Positions 1 to 8,132 of a stretch of DNA of 44,550 nt are shown piece after piece (within the stretch, counting starts at the first letter, position 1; each line of letters opens with the position of its first letter). The stretch lies in the NCBI GenBank assembly GCA_016926405.1, contig JAFGOQ010000225.1, forward strand, positions 1 through 44,550, in the 5' to 3' direction. A model generated the notes under the pieces. That model made no database searches. It saw only the letters and a program-made list of their open reading frames with translations, and had not been told where the DNA came from. The DNA is from Bacteroidales bacterium. GTDB taxonomy: Bacteria; Bacteroidota; Bacteroidia; Bacteroidales; UBA6680. Position numbers and translations under genes: made by a program.

Positions 1-463
1 CCTCTACTCCAGGATACATATACTTTTCGCGAGCAATTTTTTCGGGGTAAACAAAATAACGAACATCTGCCTCAGCACACAAAATATTGTTAGCGTCAAA
101 CAATTCGGCCTTAACAGTTATAAGGCGTCTGTTCACCTCCAATATTTTTCCGGTAATTGTTATTGGTCCGTTGTCTAAAAAAACTGGCTTCTTATATTTT
201 ACATTCATATCGGCAGTAACCCCTGCTGTTTTTTGCTTAACATAAATTGTCCAACAAGCAATTTCGTCGAGCATTGTTGCCTGAATACCTCCATGCAAAA
301 CATTATGATAACCTTCAAACTCGGTATTAGGCTCCCATTTACAAAGAACACCATTTTCATCTTCAAAAAATTTCATTTGGAGCCCGTTAGTATGATTAGG
401 TGAACAACCAAAGCAGCGATAGTTCTTGTCGTTTATTGCAAATGGATTTGAAAGAGGTCTCAT
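1..463 (-). CDS. PaaI/hotdog-fold thioesterase, partial (C-terminus runs off the window edge)
   Basis: Not in the ORF track. My own translation from ATG at 463 downward is open to position 1: MRPLSNPFAINDKNYRCFGCSPNHTNGLQMKFFEDENGV...VLHGGIQATMLDEIACW...VKYKKPV. The CxxC plus HGG..A...DE pattern is typical of the PaaI thioesterase family. Confidence 0.6.
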   Translation of the reverse strand, partial: MRPLSNPFAINDKNYRCFGCSPNHTNGLQMKFFEDENGVLCKWEPNTEFEGYHNVLHGGIQATMLDEIACWTIYVKQKTAGVTADMNVKYKKPVFLDNGPITITGKILEVNRRLITVKAELFDANNILCAEADVRYFVYPEKIAREKYMYPGVE

Positions 464-571
464 AATATTTATAATTTAATTTTTACTACTAAAAACAAAG
501 TAGTAAAGTCCTGTTTTAATTATTCTTAATGTATTTGAGTGTTTAAGTTATTAACTTACGAAGAGTAAAAA

Positions 572-600
572 TATAAAAAAGAGGGCTATTAACCCTCTTA
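572..600 (-). terminator. Intrinsic terminator downstream of the arginine deiminase gene
   Basis: Hairpin aagaggg-ctattaa-ccctctt (579-599). On the minus strand it is followed by a T-run (A-run 574-580 on the plus strand). Confidence 0.6.
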
Positions 601-669
601 TATTATAAAATAGCTGTCATATTCTTAGAATTATAACAGGTTGTATTTTGTATTTATTTGTTAAAAGGC

Positions 670-1938
670 TTACCAATTAACATCTTTACGACGAACAGGC
701 ATTGTCATACAACGAGCACCGCCCCCACCGCGAGGTAGTTCGCTACCATCAAGAGTAATAACATACTTATCGTAATTTTCTGGGCGACGAGTACCACGAA
801 TAACATCGTTAGCCTCAAGAACCTCGAAACCGTGCTTATTCATCTCCTCAATTGTATTAACGTTACGTCCGTAACCAATAACTTTACCCGGACCAACGCT
901 AAAGAAGTTAGCACCACTGTGCCATTGTTCGCGCTCTTGTGTCCACTCGTCTTTTGTTCCTCCACAAATAACAGGCTCAAGATCAAAACCTAATTTCTTT
1001 AATGCAGGTAAAAGTCCCTCTTCACGGTAAATTTTAACAACTTTACCATTTTGAGTTTCGATATGCACAACCTGATGTTTGTTTGGCTTAAGAATAAGTG
1101 GTTCGTAGGCCATACATTTGTTTTTATCAAGGAAAGTGAAAACCATATCTAAATGGATAAACGACTCTGGATGACTTGGTAACTCCTGAATAATAATATG
1201 ACGTTTTTTCTCTTCGTTTTGTGCTAATAAACGACTCAAAATAAAGTCGATACCTTTTGAAGTTGTTCTACATCCGTTACCAATAACTAAAACATCGTCT
1301 CTGGCAATTAACACATCACCACCCTCAATATTAACACCATCGGTAAATCCTTTATGATCTAAAGGATTACAAATTGTTGTTTTAAACTGAGGTGCAAAGT
1401 TAAAGATGCTCTCCATAACCATTGCTTCACGATCGCGAACAGCATTTGCCATTTTACCTATAAGTACTTCGTTATTTACCGACATAGATGCATCGCGAGT
1501 AAAATAGAAGTTATAAAGTGGAGGCAAAGCAAAACGGTCTTTACTTAGGAACGATGTAAGATCGGTAACTTTTAAAGGAACACCTTGAATAAGAATCTTT
1601 GCTAAATCCTCAGCCGATGTTGACATTAAATCGTCTTGAAGGTGAAGAGCCTTTTCGTGATTACAGATTTTACGAATTATACTCTCTTTTCCCTGAGGAT
1701 TTTTTAATGCATCTGTTAAAAGATCGTTAACTTGAAATGTTTGTGTAATTTTTCCTAATACACCGCTCAACTGACGATACTCAGACTGAGCGATTGACAA
1801 ATTCAAAATATCGCTATATAAAGCGCGAGAGGCTGTTTCGGGAGTCATATTCTCTACTTCGGGACCCGGAGTATGCAATACAACACCTTCTAATTCGCCT
1901 ATTTCTGATTGTACTTTAATTTCTAATGGCGTACTCAT
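670..1938 (-). CDS. arcA: Arginine deiminase
   Basis: 422 aa. N-terminal SEIGELEGVVLHTPGPE and C-terminal GSELPRGGGGARCMTMPVRR (catalytic Cys motif) match the arginine deiminase / amidinotransferase fold family. Confidence 0.8.
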   Translation of the reverse strand: MSTPLEIKVQSEIGELEGVVLHTPGPEVENMTPETASRALYSDILNLSIAQSEYRQLSGVLGKITQTFQVNDLLTDALKNPQGKESIIRKICNHEKALHLQDDLMSTSAEDLAKILIQGVPLKVTDLTSFLSKDRFALPPLYNFYFTRDASMSVNNEVLIGKMANAVRDREAMVMESIFNFAPQFKTTICNPLDHKGFTDGVNIEGGDVLIARDDVLVIGNGCRTTSKGIDFILSRLLAQNEEKKRHIIIQELPSHPESFIHLDMVFTFLDKNKCMAYEPLILKPNKHQVVHIETQNGKVVKIYREEGLLPALKKLGFDLEPVICGGTKDEWTQEREQWHSGANFFSVGPGKVIGYGRNVNTIEEMNKHGFEVLEANDVIRGTRRPENYDKYVITLDGSELPRGGGGARCMTMPVRRKDVNW

Positions 1939-1976
1939 AAATTCAACTTTTTAAGTGGTTAGGTTGATTTTAACTG

Positions 1977-1984
1977 CAAAAATA
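1977..1984 (-). promoter_or_regulatory. Bacteroidota sigma-A -7 element (TATTTTTG) for arcA
   Basis: The reverse complement of caaaaata matches TAnnTTTG, 38 nt upstream of the ATG. Confidence 0.45.
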
Positions 1985-2149
1985 CAAATCATAACCATTT
2001 TTATATAATAAAATGTTTATAGTTTAACATATTACTTATTTAACCAAAAGTGTTAAATAACACATTCCGTTTTTATCTTTTGTTGTTGTGTCGAAAATGA
2101 GAAAAAGAAATTCAAAAAATAAGTACTTTCGAGGACTAATAAAGTAAAC

Positions 2150-2722
2150 ATGTCGGATAAATTATTCTCAAACAAACAATATAAAAACGTCGATTTTACT
2201 GCTAAATCGTTGTCGGAAACAGAATTTGAGCAGTGCACATTTACAAATTGTAATTTTTCGGGTAGCGACTTGTCGGGCAACGACTTTAACGAATGTTTCT
2301 TTGAAGATTGCAATTTTAGCACAGTAAAGCTTGAAAACACAGTTATTAACAATGTTACTTTTATAAACTGCAAAGTTGTAGGTACCGACTTTAGCCCATG
2401 TAACGATTTTTTATTCTCGGTTAGTTTTTCGAAATGTTGCCTAGACTACATTGTATTTGTGAATAAGAAGATTAAGAACACCCTTTTTGCCGACTGCAGT
2501 ATTAAAGAAGGACTGTTCTCGGGCAGTGATTTAACAAAATCAGTATTTAAAAATTGCGATCTGGACAGAACAATGTTTTCAAGAAACAACCTGTCAGGTG
2601 TAAATTTTTCTTCGGCAATAAATTATATTATCGACCCCGAAGAGAATAAACTTAAAGGTGCCAAATTCGCTCTAGAAGGTGTTGAAGGCTTACTAAGAAA
2701 ATATGGTATAAAGATTGAATAA
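2150..2722 (+). CDS. Pentapeptide-repeat protein (Qnr/McbG-like size and architecture)
   Basis: 190 aa, almost entirely A(D/N)LXX-type pentapeptide repeats (CTFTNCNFSGSDLSGNDFNECFFEDCNFS...). Confidence 0.8.
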   Translation: MSDKLFSNKQYKNVDFTAKSLSETEFEQCTFTNCNFSGSDLSGNDFNECFFEDCNFSTVKLENTVINNVTFINCKVVGTDFSPCNDFLFSVSFSKCCLDYIVFVNKKIKNTLFADCSIKEGLFSGSDLTKSVFKNCDLDRTMFSRNNLSGVNFSSAINYIIDPEENKLKGAKFALEGVEGLLRKYGIKIE

Positions 2723-2773
2723 AAAAATTAACAAAGAAGATGAAGAAGTCTAATCCTCTTCATCTTCTTTGTT
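2721..2773 (-). terminator. Bidirectional terminator hairpin between convergent genes
   Basis: Perfect 17-bp stem aacaaagaagatgaaga / tcttcatcttctttgtt (2730-2746 / 2757-2773). It has a T7 run on the minus strand and a weaker T-rich tail on the plus strand. Confidence 0.7.
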
Positions 2774-2875
2774 ATCTTTCTTCGATCGACTAAATATCTT
2801 AGCAAACACCAAAACAACGAAAAACAAAACATACACCATTCGGCTAATCCCAATTGGCATTACTTTTAGTATCAT
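2750..2875 (-). CDS. Possible 41-aa small membrane protein (below the ORF-track cutoff)
   Basis: ATG lies 3 nt after the stop of the DUF2007 gene. Translation MILKVMPIGISRMVYVLFFVVLVFAKIFSRSKKDNKEDEED has one TM helix plus a charged tail. The 3' end lies in the terminator stem, so it may be fortuitous. Confidence 0.25.
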   Translation of the reverse strand: MILKVMPIGISRMVYVLFFVVLVFAKIFSRSKKDNKEDEED

Positions 2876-2878
2876 CTC

Positions 2879-3256
2879 TTAAATTCCTACAATTAGTAAA
2901 GTTGGTATTAAAATCACAAGTAAAATAAATGTAATAAAAGCAGGCAGTTGCATATCAAGTGGCAACTTATTAATTAAAGGTAATTTCTGTGTAAAAATAT
3001 TAATAGCACTACTGCTATTATCAAAATTGCTGCTTTTAACATAACCCGCATCTATTAACAATTGTAAAGCTCTCTCGGCTTCACTATCAATAACCTGAAG
3101 CTTAACTCCATCAAAAGTATTGGAATAATGTGGATTTACTTGAGTTGACAACTCATCTTTTAAAAAAACGTTTATTCCCTCCGACTCTAATAATGACTTT
3201 GCCATATAGGCATCCTGAATAAGGAGAAACGATGTAACGGTAATAAATTGCGACAT
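2879..3256 (-). CDS. DUF2007-like (putative signal-transducing) domain protein with a C-terminal TM helix
   Basis: 125 aa. The N-terminal pattern VTSFLLIQDAYMAKSLLESEGINVFLKDE...AERALQLL is typical of DUF2007. The C-terminus LPAFITFILLVILIPTLLIVGI is hydrophobic. Confidence 0.55.
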   Translation of the reverse strand: MSQFITVTSFLLIQDAYMAKSLLESEGINVFLKDELSTQVNPHYSNTFDGVKLQVIDSEAERALQLLIDAGYVKSSNFDNSSSAINIFTQKLPLINKLPLDMQLPAFITFILLVILIPTLLIVGI

Positions 3257-3380
3257 ACCTTAAATATTTATGTTGAGTAAAAGTAACAATAAATTATTCG
3301 CAAATAATTTTTACTGATAGCTAAAAAACATATAAATAATTAAAATTATAAAATATTTACACACTACATTGCACACAGTT

Positions 3381-3496
3381 TACTTCGGGGCAGGGTGTAA
3401 TTCCCTACCGGTGGTTATAGTCCACGACTCCCAATTTATTGGGACTGATTTGGTGAAATTCCAAAACCGACGGTCATAGTCCGGATGATAGAAGAG
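3381..3496 (+). promoter_or_regulatory. FMN riboswitch (RFN element) aptamer
   Basis: Conserved RFN blocks are present: cttcggggcagggtgtaattccctaccggtggt, agtccacga, gatttggtgaaattccaaaaccgacggt and agtccggatgatagaag. It sits directly upstream of ribB. Confidence 0.95.
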
Positions 3497-3550
3497 ACTG
3501 ATATTATTTGCATATAAGCATTTTTGCTATATATAATATTTATTATAACT

Positions 3551-3588
3551 GCCCCGAATAGATTACTATAATCTGTTCGGGGCTTTTT
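3551..3588 (+). terminator. Riboswitch expression-platform terminator
   Basis: gccccgaatag...ctgttcggggc followed by ttttt. The 5' arm gccccgaa can alternatively pair with the P1 strand ttcggggc of the aptamer. Confidence 0.8.
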
Positions 3589-3602
3589 AATTTAACGTAA
3601 TT

Positions 3603-4235
3603 ATGATAACAAAATTTGGTATCGATTATCGCCAACGTGTTGAAAACGCTCTTAAAGAGTTGCAAGCAGGTAAAGGAATTTTACTAGTTGATGATGAAGA
3701 CAGAGAAAACGAGGGCGATATTATATTCTCGGCCCAGAAAATGACTAATGCCGACATGGCATTAATGATTAGAGAATGCTCTGGAATTGTTTGTCTTTGC
3801 TTAACAAACGAAAAATGCCAAGAGTTGGAATTGCCTCCTATGGTTCAAAATAACAACAGTAAAAATCAGACGGCTTTTACTGTATCTATTGAGGCCAAAG
3901 ATGGTGTTACAACAGGTGTTTCGGCTGCCGATAGAATTACAACAATAAAAACAGCTATTGCTAAAGATGCAAAAGCAAGTCATTTAGCTCATCCAGGACA
4001 TGTATTCCCTCTTAGAGCAAAAGACAACGGTGTTTTCGAACGACGCGGTCACACAGAAGGAACAGTAGATTTAATGAAACTTGCAGGCCTTGCTCCTGCT
4101 GGCGTATTATGCGAACTAACAAATTGCGATGGCACAATGGCTCGTCTGCCACAAATAGTTGAATTTGCAGACAAACACAAAATGGTAGTTATTACTATTG
4201 AAGATATTTACCAGTATCGTAAAGAGATTGAGTAA
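3603..4235 (+). CDS. ribB: 3,4-dihydroxy-2-butanone-4-phosphate synthase (monofunctional)
   Basis: 210 aa with [37 protein letters not shown] and [16 protein letters not shown]. It is collinear with enterobacterial RibB over the full length. Confidence 0.95.
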   Translation: MITKFGIDYRQRVENALKELQAGKGILLVDDEDRENEGDIIFSAQKMTNADMALMIRECSGIVCLCLTNEKCQELELPPMVQNNNSKNQTAFTVSIEAKDGVTTGVSAADRITTIKTAIAKDAKASHLAHPGHVFPLRAKDNGVFERRGHTEGTVDLMKLAGLAPAGVLCELTNCDGTMARLPQIVEFADKHKMVVITIEDIYQYRKEIE

Positions 4236-4245
4236 TATTTAAACA

Positions 4246-4285
4246 AAATGGATGCCTATATATTATAAGCATCCATTTTATTTAC
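4246..4285 (+). terminator. Terminator after ribB
   Basis: 10-bp stem aaatggatgc / gcatccattt followed by a T-rich tail. Confidence 0.55.
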
Positions 4286-4399
4286 ATTTACGTTAGCAAC
4301 ATGTTAACCACATGCTTTAACCAATTGACAATCTGTAAAAATTTAAAATTTATTTTAAAATTGTTTTTGTTTGTTAATAAAAAACATTTTAAAACGATA

Positions 4400-4407
4400 T
4401 AGTTTTG
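4400..4407 (+). promoter_or_regulatory. -7 promoter element TAGTTTTG
   Basis: Matches TAnnTTTG, 27 nt upstream of the ATG at 4434. Confidence 0.45.
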
Positions 4408-4433
4408 TTTCATAACGCAATAAAAAATGAATT

Positions 4434-5036
4434 ATGACAGATATTATTAAACTTGCTGAGCCTCAGAAAGATCTTGATTTTCCATTAATGAAAGCTATTG
4501 AAAAGCGGAGAACAAAAAGAAAATGGAAAGATTCAAACCTTTCTGAACAAGAAATTTCAAATTTATTATGGGCTGCTTGTGGAGTTACACAAAATGAGAC
4601 AAAGAAAAGTAAAAGTAGAAGAAGTGCCCCATCTGCATGTAACTCACAAGAGATTAAAATTTATATTGCTTTATCGACTGGAGTTTACCTTTACGATGAA
4701 AAAAATCACCAATTGATTAAAATTCTTGAGAAAGATATTAGAGAAAATATTGGAAAACAAAAAATGATGCGCTCTGCTCCTGTTGGATTGATTTATGTTT
4801 CGGATTATTCAAAACTAAAAACATTTCAATTCAAGAAAGACGAAAATAAATGGTTTACATCAACAGCCGATACAGCATTCATTAGTCAAAATGTCTATCT
4901 GTATTGTGCAGCAGCCAATTTAAGCACTGCCATTATTGGATTAGTAGATAGAAATAAATTACATAAGACTCTTGAGTTAACCGAAAATGAGAAAATTATT
5001 TACACACAGGTTATCGGAATATCATTAGAGAATTAA
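4434..5036 (+). CDS. Nitroreductase-family protein
   Basis: 200 aa. AIEKRRTKRKW...EISNLLWAACGV is the typical nitroreductase N-terminal signature. Confidence 0.65.
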   Translation: MTDIIKLAEPQKDLDFPLMKAIEKRRTKRKWKDSNLSEQEISNLLWAACGVTQNETKKSKSRRSAPSACNSQEIKIYIALSTGVYLYDEKNHQLIKILEKDIRENIGKQKMMRSAPVGLIYVSDYSKLKTFQFKKDENKWFTSTADTAFISQNVYLYCAAANLSTAIIGLVDRNKLHKTLELTENEKIIYTQVIGISLEN

Positions 5037-5201
5037 CACCTATCGTATTTTTAGAGTAACTAAAAACTCCCTACTAACAAGCATAAATAAAACACGCAAG
5101 TTTCAGTAAGTTTTAAGACCTTCGATATTGCTTAAAGGTATTTAAACGAAGAATTGTGTCGCAGCCAGTCAACATAGTACGTTTCATACTTTCAATATAA
5201 T

Positions 5202-5756
5202 CTACTCTCCAATCATCATTCTATAAGTAATGGTTTTATTTGGGATATCGTAAATTTCCATCACTGGTCCATTAGCAATATTATTCTCTTGCAGATATTT
5301 ATTTAGTGCAGGATAAACTTTGGTCAATCCAACAACAACCGACATCTGACCTTTATAAGGAAAAACAGCTACAACGCATTTTTGAAGTTCTAACTTATTC
5401 ACTTTAAATTTAGCCTCAATAGCAGAAAGAGTTGTAGAATCAATGTTATCAACAATACAACCTAAATCCGATCGGCAGTTATCTGGATCTACAACCTGAG
5501 GATTATCGTAATAAATACCAAACCCACGCGTTGTCGAAATATTAAAATCGGTTAATAATGAATTATAAACCTTATCCATAACAACAGGACTATTTTTATA
5601 ATTACCAATCATCTCTTCCCAAACAATTGTTTCGCCACCAAGCTCAGCTTCCTCAAATGCAATTTTTGTAAATCCTCCGTAATATGCGTAAACAGCAGTA
5701 AATATTGCAATAATAGCAACAATAATAAATAGTAAAACCTTAACAATCCTCATCAT
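5202..5756 (-). CDS. GyrI-like (small-molecule-binding) domain protein with an N-terminal membrane anchor
   Basis: 184 aa. N-terminal TM helix (VKVLLFIIVAIIAIFTAVYAYY), then FGIYYDNPQVVDPDNCRSDLGCIV and VMEIYD, typical of the GyrI-like/SOUL fold. Confidence 0.45.
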   Translation of the reverse strand: MMRIVKVLLFIIVAIIAIFTAVYAYYGGFTKIAFEEAELGGETIVWEEMIGNYKNSPVVMDKVYNSLLTDFNISTTRGFGIYYDNPQVVDPDNCRSDLGCIVDNIDSTTLSAIEAKFKVNKLELQKCVVAVFPYKGQMSVVVGLTKVYPALNKYLQENNIANGPVMEIYDIPNKTITYRMMIGE

Positions 5757-5862
5757 TATAAATTTAGTTAGTAACTAATTACAAGATATTAAGATTTTAA
5801 TAAAATCAATAACACAAAAAGGTAAAAAACAATACCCTATATTTATCGAAAAATGACCAACA

Positions 5863-6327
5863 ATGAACACCGACGTATTAAAACTGAAAGAAGATATTTT
5901 TCTAGCCTGTAAAGCTATTATCGAAGATAGAGTACTATCATACAAAAACGCAATAAAAATGGCACAAGAGGCTGTAGGTAGCGAGAGTAAAAGCACAGCA
6001 GGCGACAAGCACGAAACAGGCCGAGCTATGGCTCATCTTGAACAAGAAAAAAATAGCCATCAGCTAAAAGAGACACAAAATTTGTTGCAAACAATTAACA
6101 GAATAGACTACTCAAAAATATACACAAACGCAGTTTTAGGAAGTGTAGTTGAAACAAACAAAGGTTCATTTTTTTTATCGGTAAGTGCAGGAAAGATTAA
6201 TGTTAATAACGAATTATTCATTGCAGTTTCCCTTCAATCGCCAATAGGATTAGCAATGGTAAATCTTAAAAAGAAAGATTCGTTTAAGGTTAACAACCAA
6301 GATTTCATAATCAAGAATATTTTTTAA
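5863..6327 (+). CDS. GreA/GreB C-terminal-domain-like protein (Bacteroidota family often mislabelled 3-oxoacyl-ACP synthase)
   Basis: 154 aa with the motif STAGDKHETGRAM and a C-terminal SPIGLAMVNLKKKDSFKV resembling the GreA C-terminal domain. Confidence 0.45.
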   Translation: MNTDVLKLKEDIFLACKAIIEDRVLSYKNAIKMAQEAVGSESKSTAGDKHETGRAMAHLEQEKNSHQLKETQNLLQTINRIDYSKIYTNAVLGSVVETNKGSFFLSVSAGKINVNNELFIAVSLQSPIGLAMVNLKKKDSFKVNNQDFIIKNIF

Positions 6328-6381
6328 ATACAAAGTATTAAGCTTAAGACTATGACAAGCAATTTAATTCGTATATAGTAA

Positions 6382-6567
6382 TTAAAAAGGTACTCTATAT
6401 TTTAAATGCGAACCATCGCAAAAAGGAGATTTCTTACTCTTCTGACAACGGCATATTTTAATAGGAGTAATATTTTCTTGCTCTTCACCATTGTATACAA
6501 ATGTATATTCGCCCGAAATATTTATCGAACCGCTCTTTTCAAATTCTATAATAACTCTTTTACTCAT
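6382..6567 (-). CDS. CDGSH iron-sulfur domain protein (second of a tandem pair)
   Basis: Motif CRCQKSKKSPFCDGSH. I prefer the start at MSKRVIIEF (ATG 6567) over the track start at 6657, because 6657 lies inside the upstream CDGSH gene. Confidence 0.7.
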   Translation of the reverse strand: MSKRVIIEFEKSGSINISGEYTFVYNGEEQENITPIKICRCQKSKKSPFCDGSHLKYRVPF

Positions 6568-6757
6568 AGTCTTGTTCAAAATTATATTTAAAATGAACCC
6601 CATCACAATAGGGCATATTACCCGATAACCCACACCGACAGAGCGATACCATCTCAACTATTTTAACCTTGTGGGTTGCTTCATCTATAATCTCAATTTT
6701 ACCAGAGATTACTAAGGGACCACCTTTTTTAATCACTACTCTATTCTTTTCAAACAT
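6560..6757 (-). CDS. CDGSH iron-sulfur domain protein (first of a tandem pair)
   Basis: 65 aa with GGPLVISG...CRCGLSGNMPYCDGVH. It overlaps the next gene by 8 nt (ATGAGTAA). Confidence 0.8.
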   Translation of the reverse strand: MFEKNRVVIKKGGPLVISGKIEIIDEATHKVKIVEMVSLCRCGLSGNMPYCDGVHFKYNFEQDYE

Positions 6758-6790
6758 AACTTATCAACGGAGTATTAAGTTTTTTGTTTA

Positions 6791-6826
6791 ACCAAAAACA
6801 GCTGCCTTTGCAATTAAGACAGCTGT
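6791..6826 (-). terminator. Candidate terminator after the RDD gene
   Basis: 7-bp stem acagctg / cagctgt with a 15-nt loop, followed on the minus strand by ttttgg. Confidence 0.4.
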
Positions 6827-6846
6827 AAAACTATAATTATTCAGAA

Positions 6847-7341
6847 TTATTTTTTGTAAATCACATATGTAGCAGCAATAAAATCGTGAAGGGCTTGCTT
6901 TCTATCTGTAAAAGCAGCAATAATATATCCAATAGACATAATCATTCCCGATAATATTTTCGAGAAATATCGTCCTGTAGCTCGGGCAAATGATATTCTC
7001 TGAAAATTATGATCAACTACAATAATACCAACAGCCATTTTACCAGGAGTAGCTTGGTGCTTCGACGAAGTAAAAAAGGCAAAATACAACCAATAAAGTG
7101 CTATACTAATTAACGAGCAATAAGCTATAAACGATAATATTGCTGGAAGAGCAAATAAAACATTTTCTGGTTCATGGTCATTCATATAAGGTAATGCAAT
7201 AGAAAAACCTAATGCTCCAGCCGCAGGTAAAATAAAAATAGAAACAGCAGCACTTAGTATAAGATAGTCTAAAAGATATGCTACAAATCTAATCCAGAAT
7301 CCAGCATATTTAACATCTTGTTTGTTTTCGATAATTTCCAT
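6847..7341 (-). CDS. RDD-family membrane protein
   Basis: 164 aa. YAGFWIRFVAYLLDYLIL, multiple TM helices and C-terminal RKQALHDFIAATYVI match the RDD family pattern. Confidence 0.75.
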   Translation of the reverse strand: MEIIENKQDVKYAGFWIRFVAYLLDYLILSAAVSIFILPAAGALGFSIALPYMNDHEPENVLFALPAILSFIAYCSLISIALYWLYFAFFTSSKHQATPGKMAVGIIVVDHNFQRISFARATGRYFSKILSGMIMSIGYIIAAFTDRKQALHDFIAATYVIYKK

Positions 7342-7458
7342 AGTTATAATTATTAGTTTGAAAAATTTTCGCTTGATTTGACTCTATTTAAACACAATAG
7401 TTTATCTGATATTCATTAGATTGGTCATAAAAATAATACTTTTTGAATAATAGCAATG

Positions 7459-7466
7459 TATATTTG
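7459..7466 (+). promoter_or_regulatory. -7 promoter element TATATTTG
   Basis: Perfect TAnnTTTG, 33 nt upstream of the ATG at 7499. Confidence 0.5.
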
Positions 7467-7498
7467 CTTCTTATATTGTGCATATTAAATATTAACTA

Positions 7499-8107
7499 AT
7501 GTATCGACTACTGTTTTTAATAACTATAATAACTTGTTCTTGCTTTGTTTCCGAAGGCCAGCAAAGTTCGTTTATAGCAGCTAAAATGCAAAACGATACA
7601 ATTGTTGTAGACACCTTAGAGCCTGTTTATGTAGTTCGCAACAAAGGAATTTTCGAACGCTATCGTCAATGGCGCTATAACCGAAATGTACGCAACTTTA
7701 TAAAAGTTTACCCATACGCAAAACGAGCAGGTGTAATATTAAGCGATATAAACAAAGAATATCTTGCAATAAAAACCGAAAAAGAGCGCAAAAAATTTAT
7801 TAAGGTAGCCGAGAAAAAACTATTTGCCGAATTTGAGCAAGACCTTAAGAATATGACTATCTCGCAAGGCAGAATGCTAATAAAACTTGTCGATCGCGAA
7901 ACAGGAAACACAACTTACGAAATTGTGAAAGAGTTTAAAGGTGGCTTTAGTGCATTCTTTTGGCAATCGCTTGCTGTGCTTTTTGGTTCGTCGCTAAAAT
8001 ACGAATACGACAAGGATGGAAAAGACGCCAATATAGAACGTCTTGTAGATTTATACGAGAAAGGATTATTACACGACACAAAAAAACGTCTATCGAATAA
8101 ACAATAG
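7499..8107 (+). CDS. Secreted DUF4294-like protein
   Basis: 202 aa with a signal peptide. Blocks VYPYAKRAG, QGRMLIKLVDRETGNTTYEIVKEFKG and FFWQ fit my recollection of DUF4294. Confidence 0.5.
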   Translation: MYRLLFLITIITCSCFVSEGQQSSFIAAKMQNDTIVVDTLEPVYVVRNKGIFERYRQWRYNRNVRNFIKVYPYAKRAGVILSDINKEYLAIKTEKERKKFIKVAEKKLFAEFEQDLKNMTISQGRMLIKLVDRETGNTTYEIVKEFKGGFSAFFWQSLAVLFGSSLKYEYDKDGKDANIERLVDLYEKGLLHDTKKRLSNKQ

Positions 8108-8132
8108 ACGTCTCTTACTAAAATATTTTCGT

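Noticed and set aside
2053-2373. Track ORF 2053..2373 (-) overlapping the start of the pentapeptide gene
   Set aside because: It is antisense to, and overlaps, a strongly supported repeat-protein gene. It has low-complexity sequence and no motif.
3801-3983. Track ORF antisense within ribB; the same applies to 4498..4716, 6406..6591, 7708..7911, 8166..8351, 10095..10382 and 10633..10866
   Set aside because: All are embedded in or antisense to genes with clear family signatures. They are short and Cys/Phe/Leu-rich, as expected from AT-rich antisense frames.
6382-6757. The CDGSH pair as a frameshifted pseudogene
   Set aside because: Not called a pseudogene. Each ORF has a complete domain with its own N-terminal beta-strand region, and the ATGAGTAA overlap is a normal coupling signal. 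The question is kept as a low-interest finding instead.
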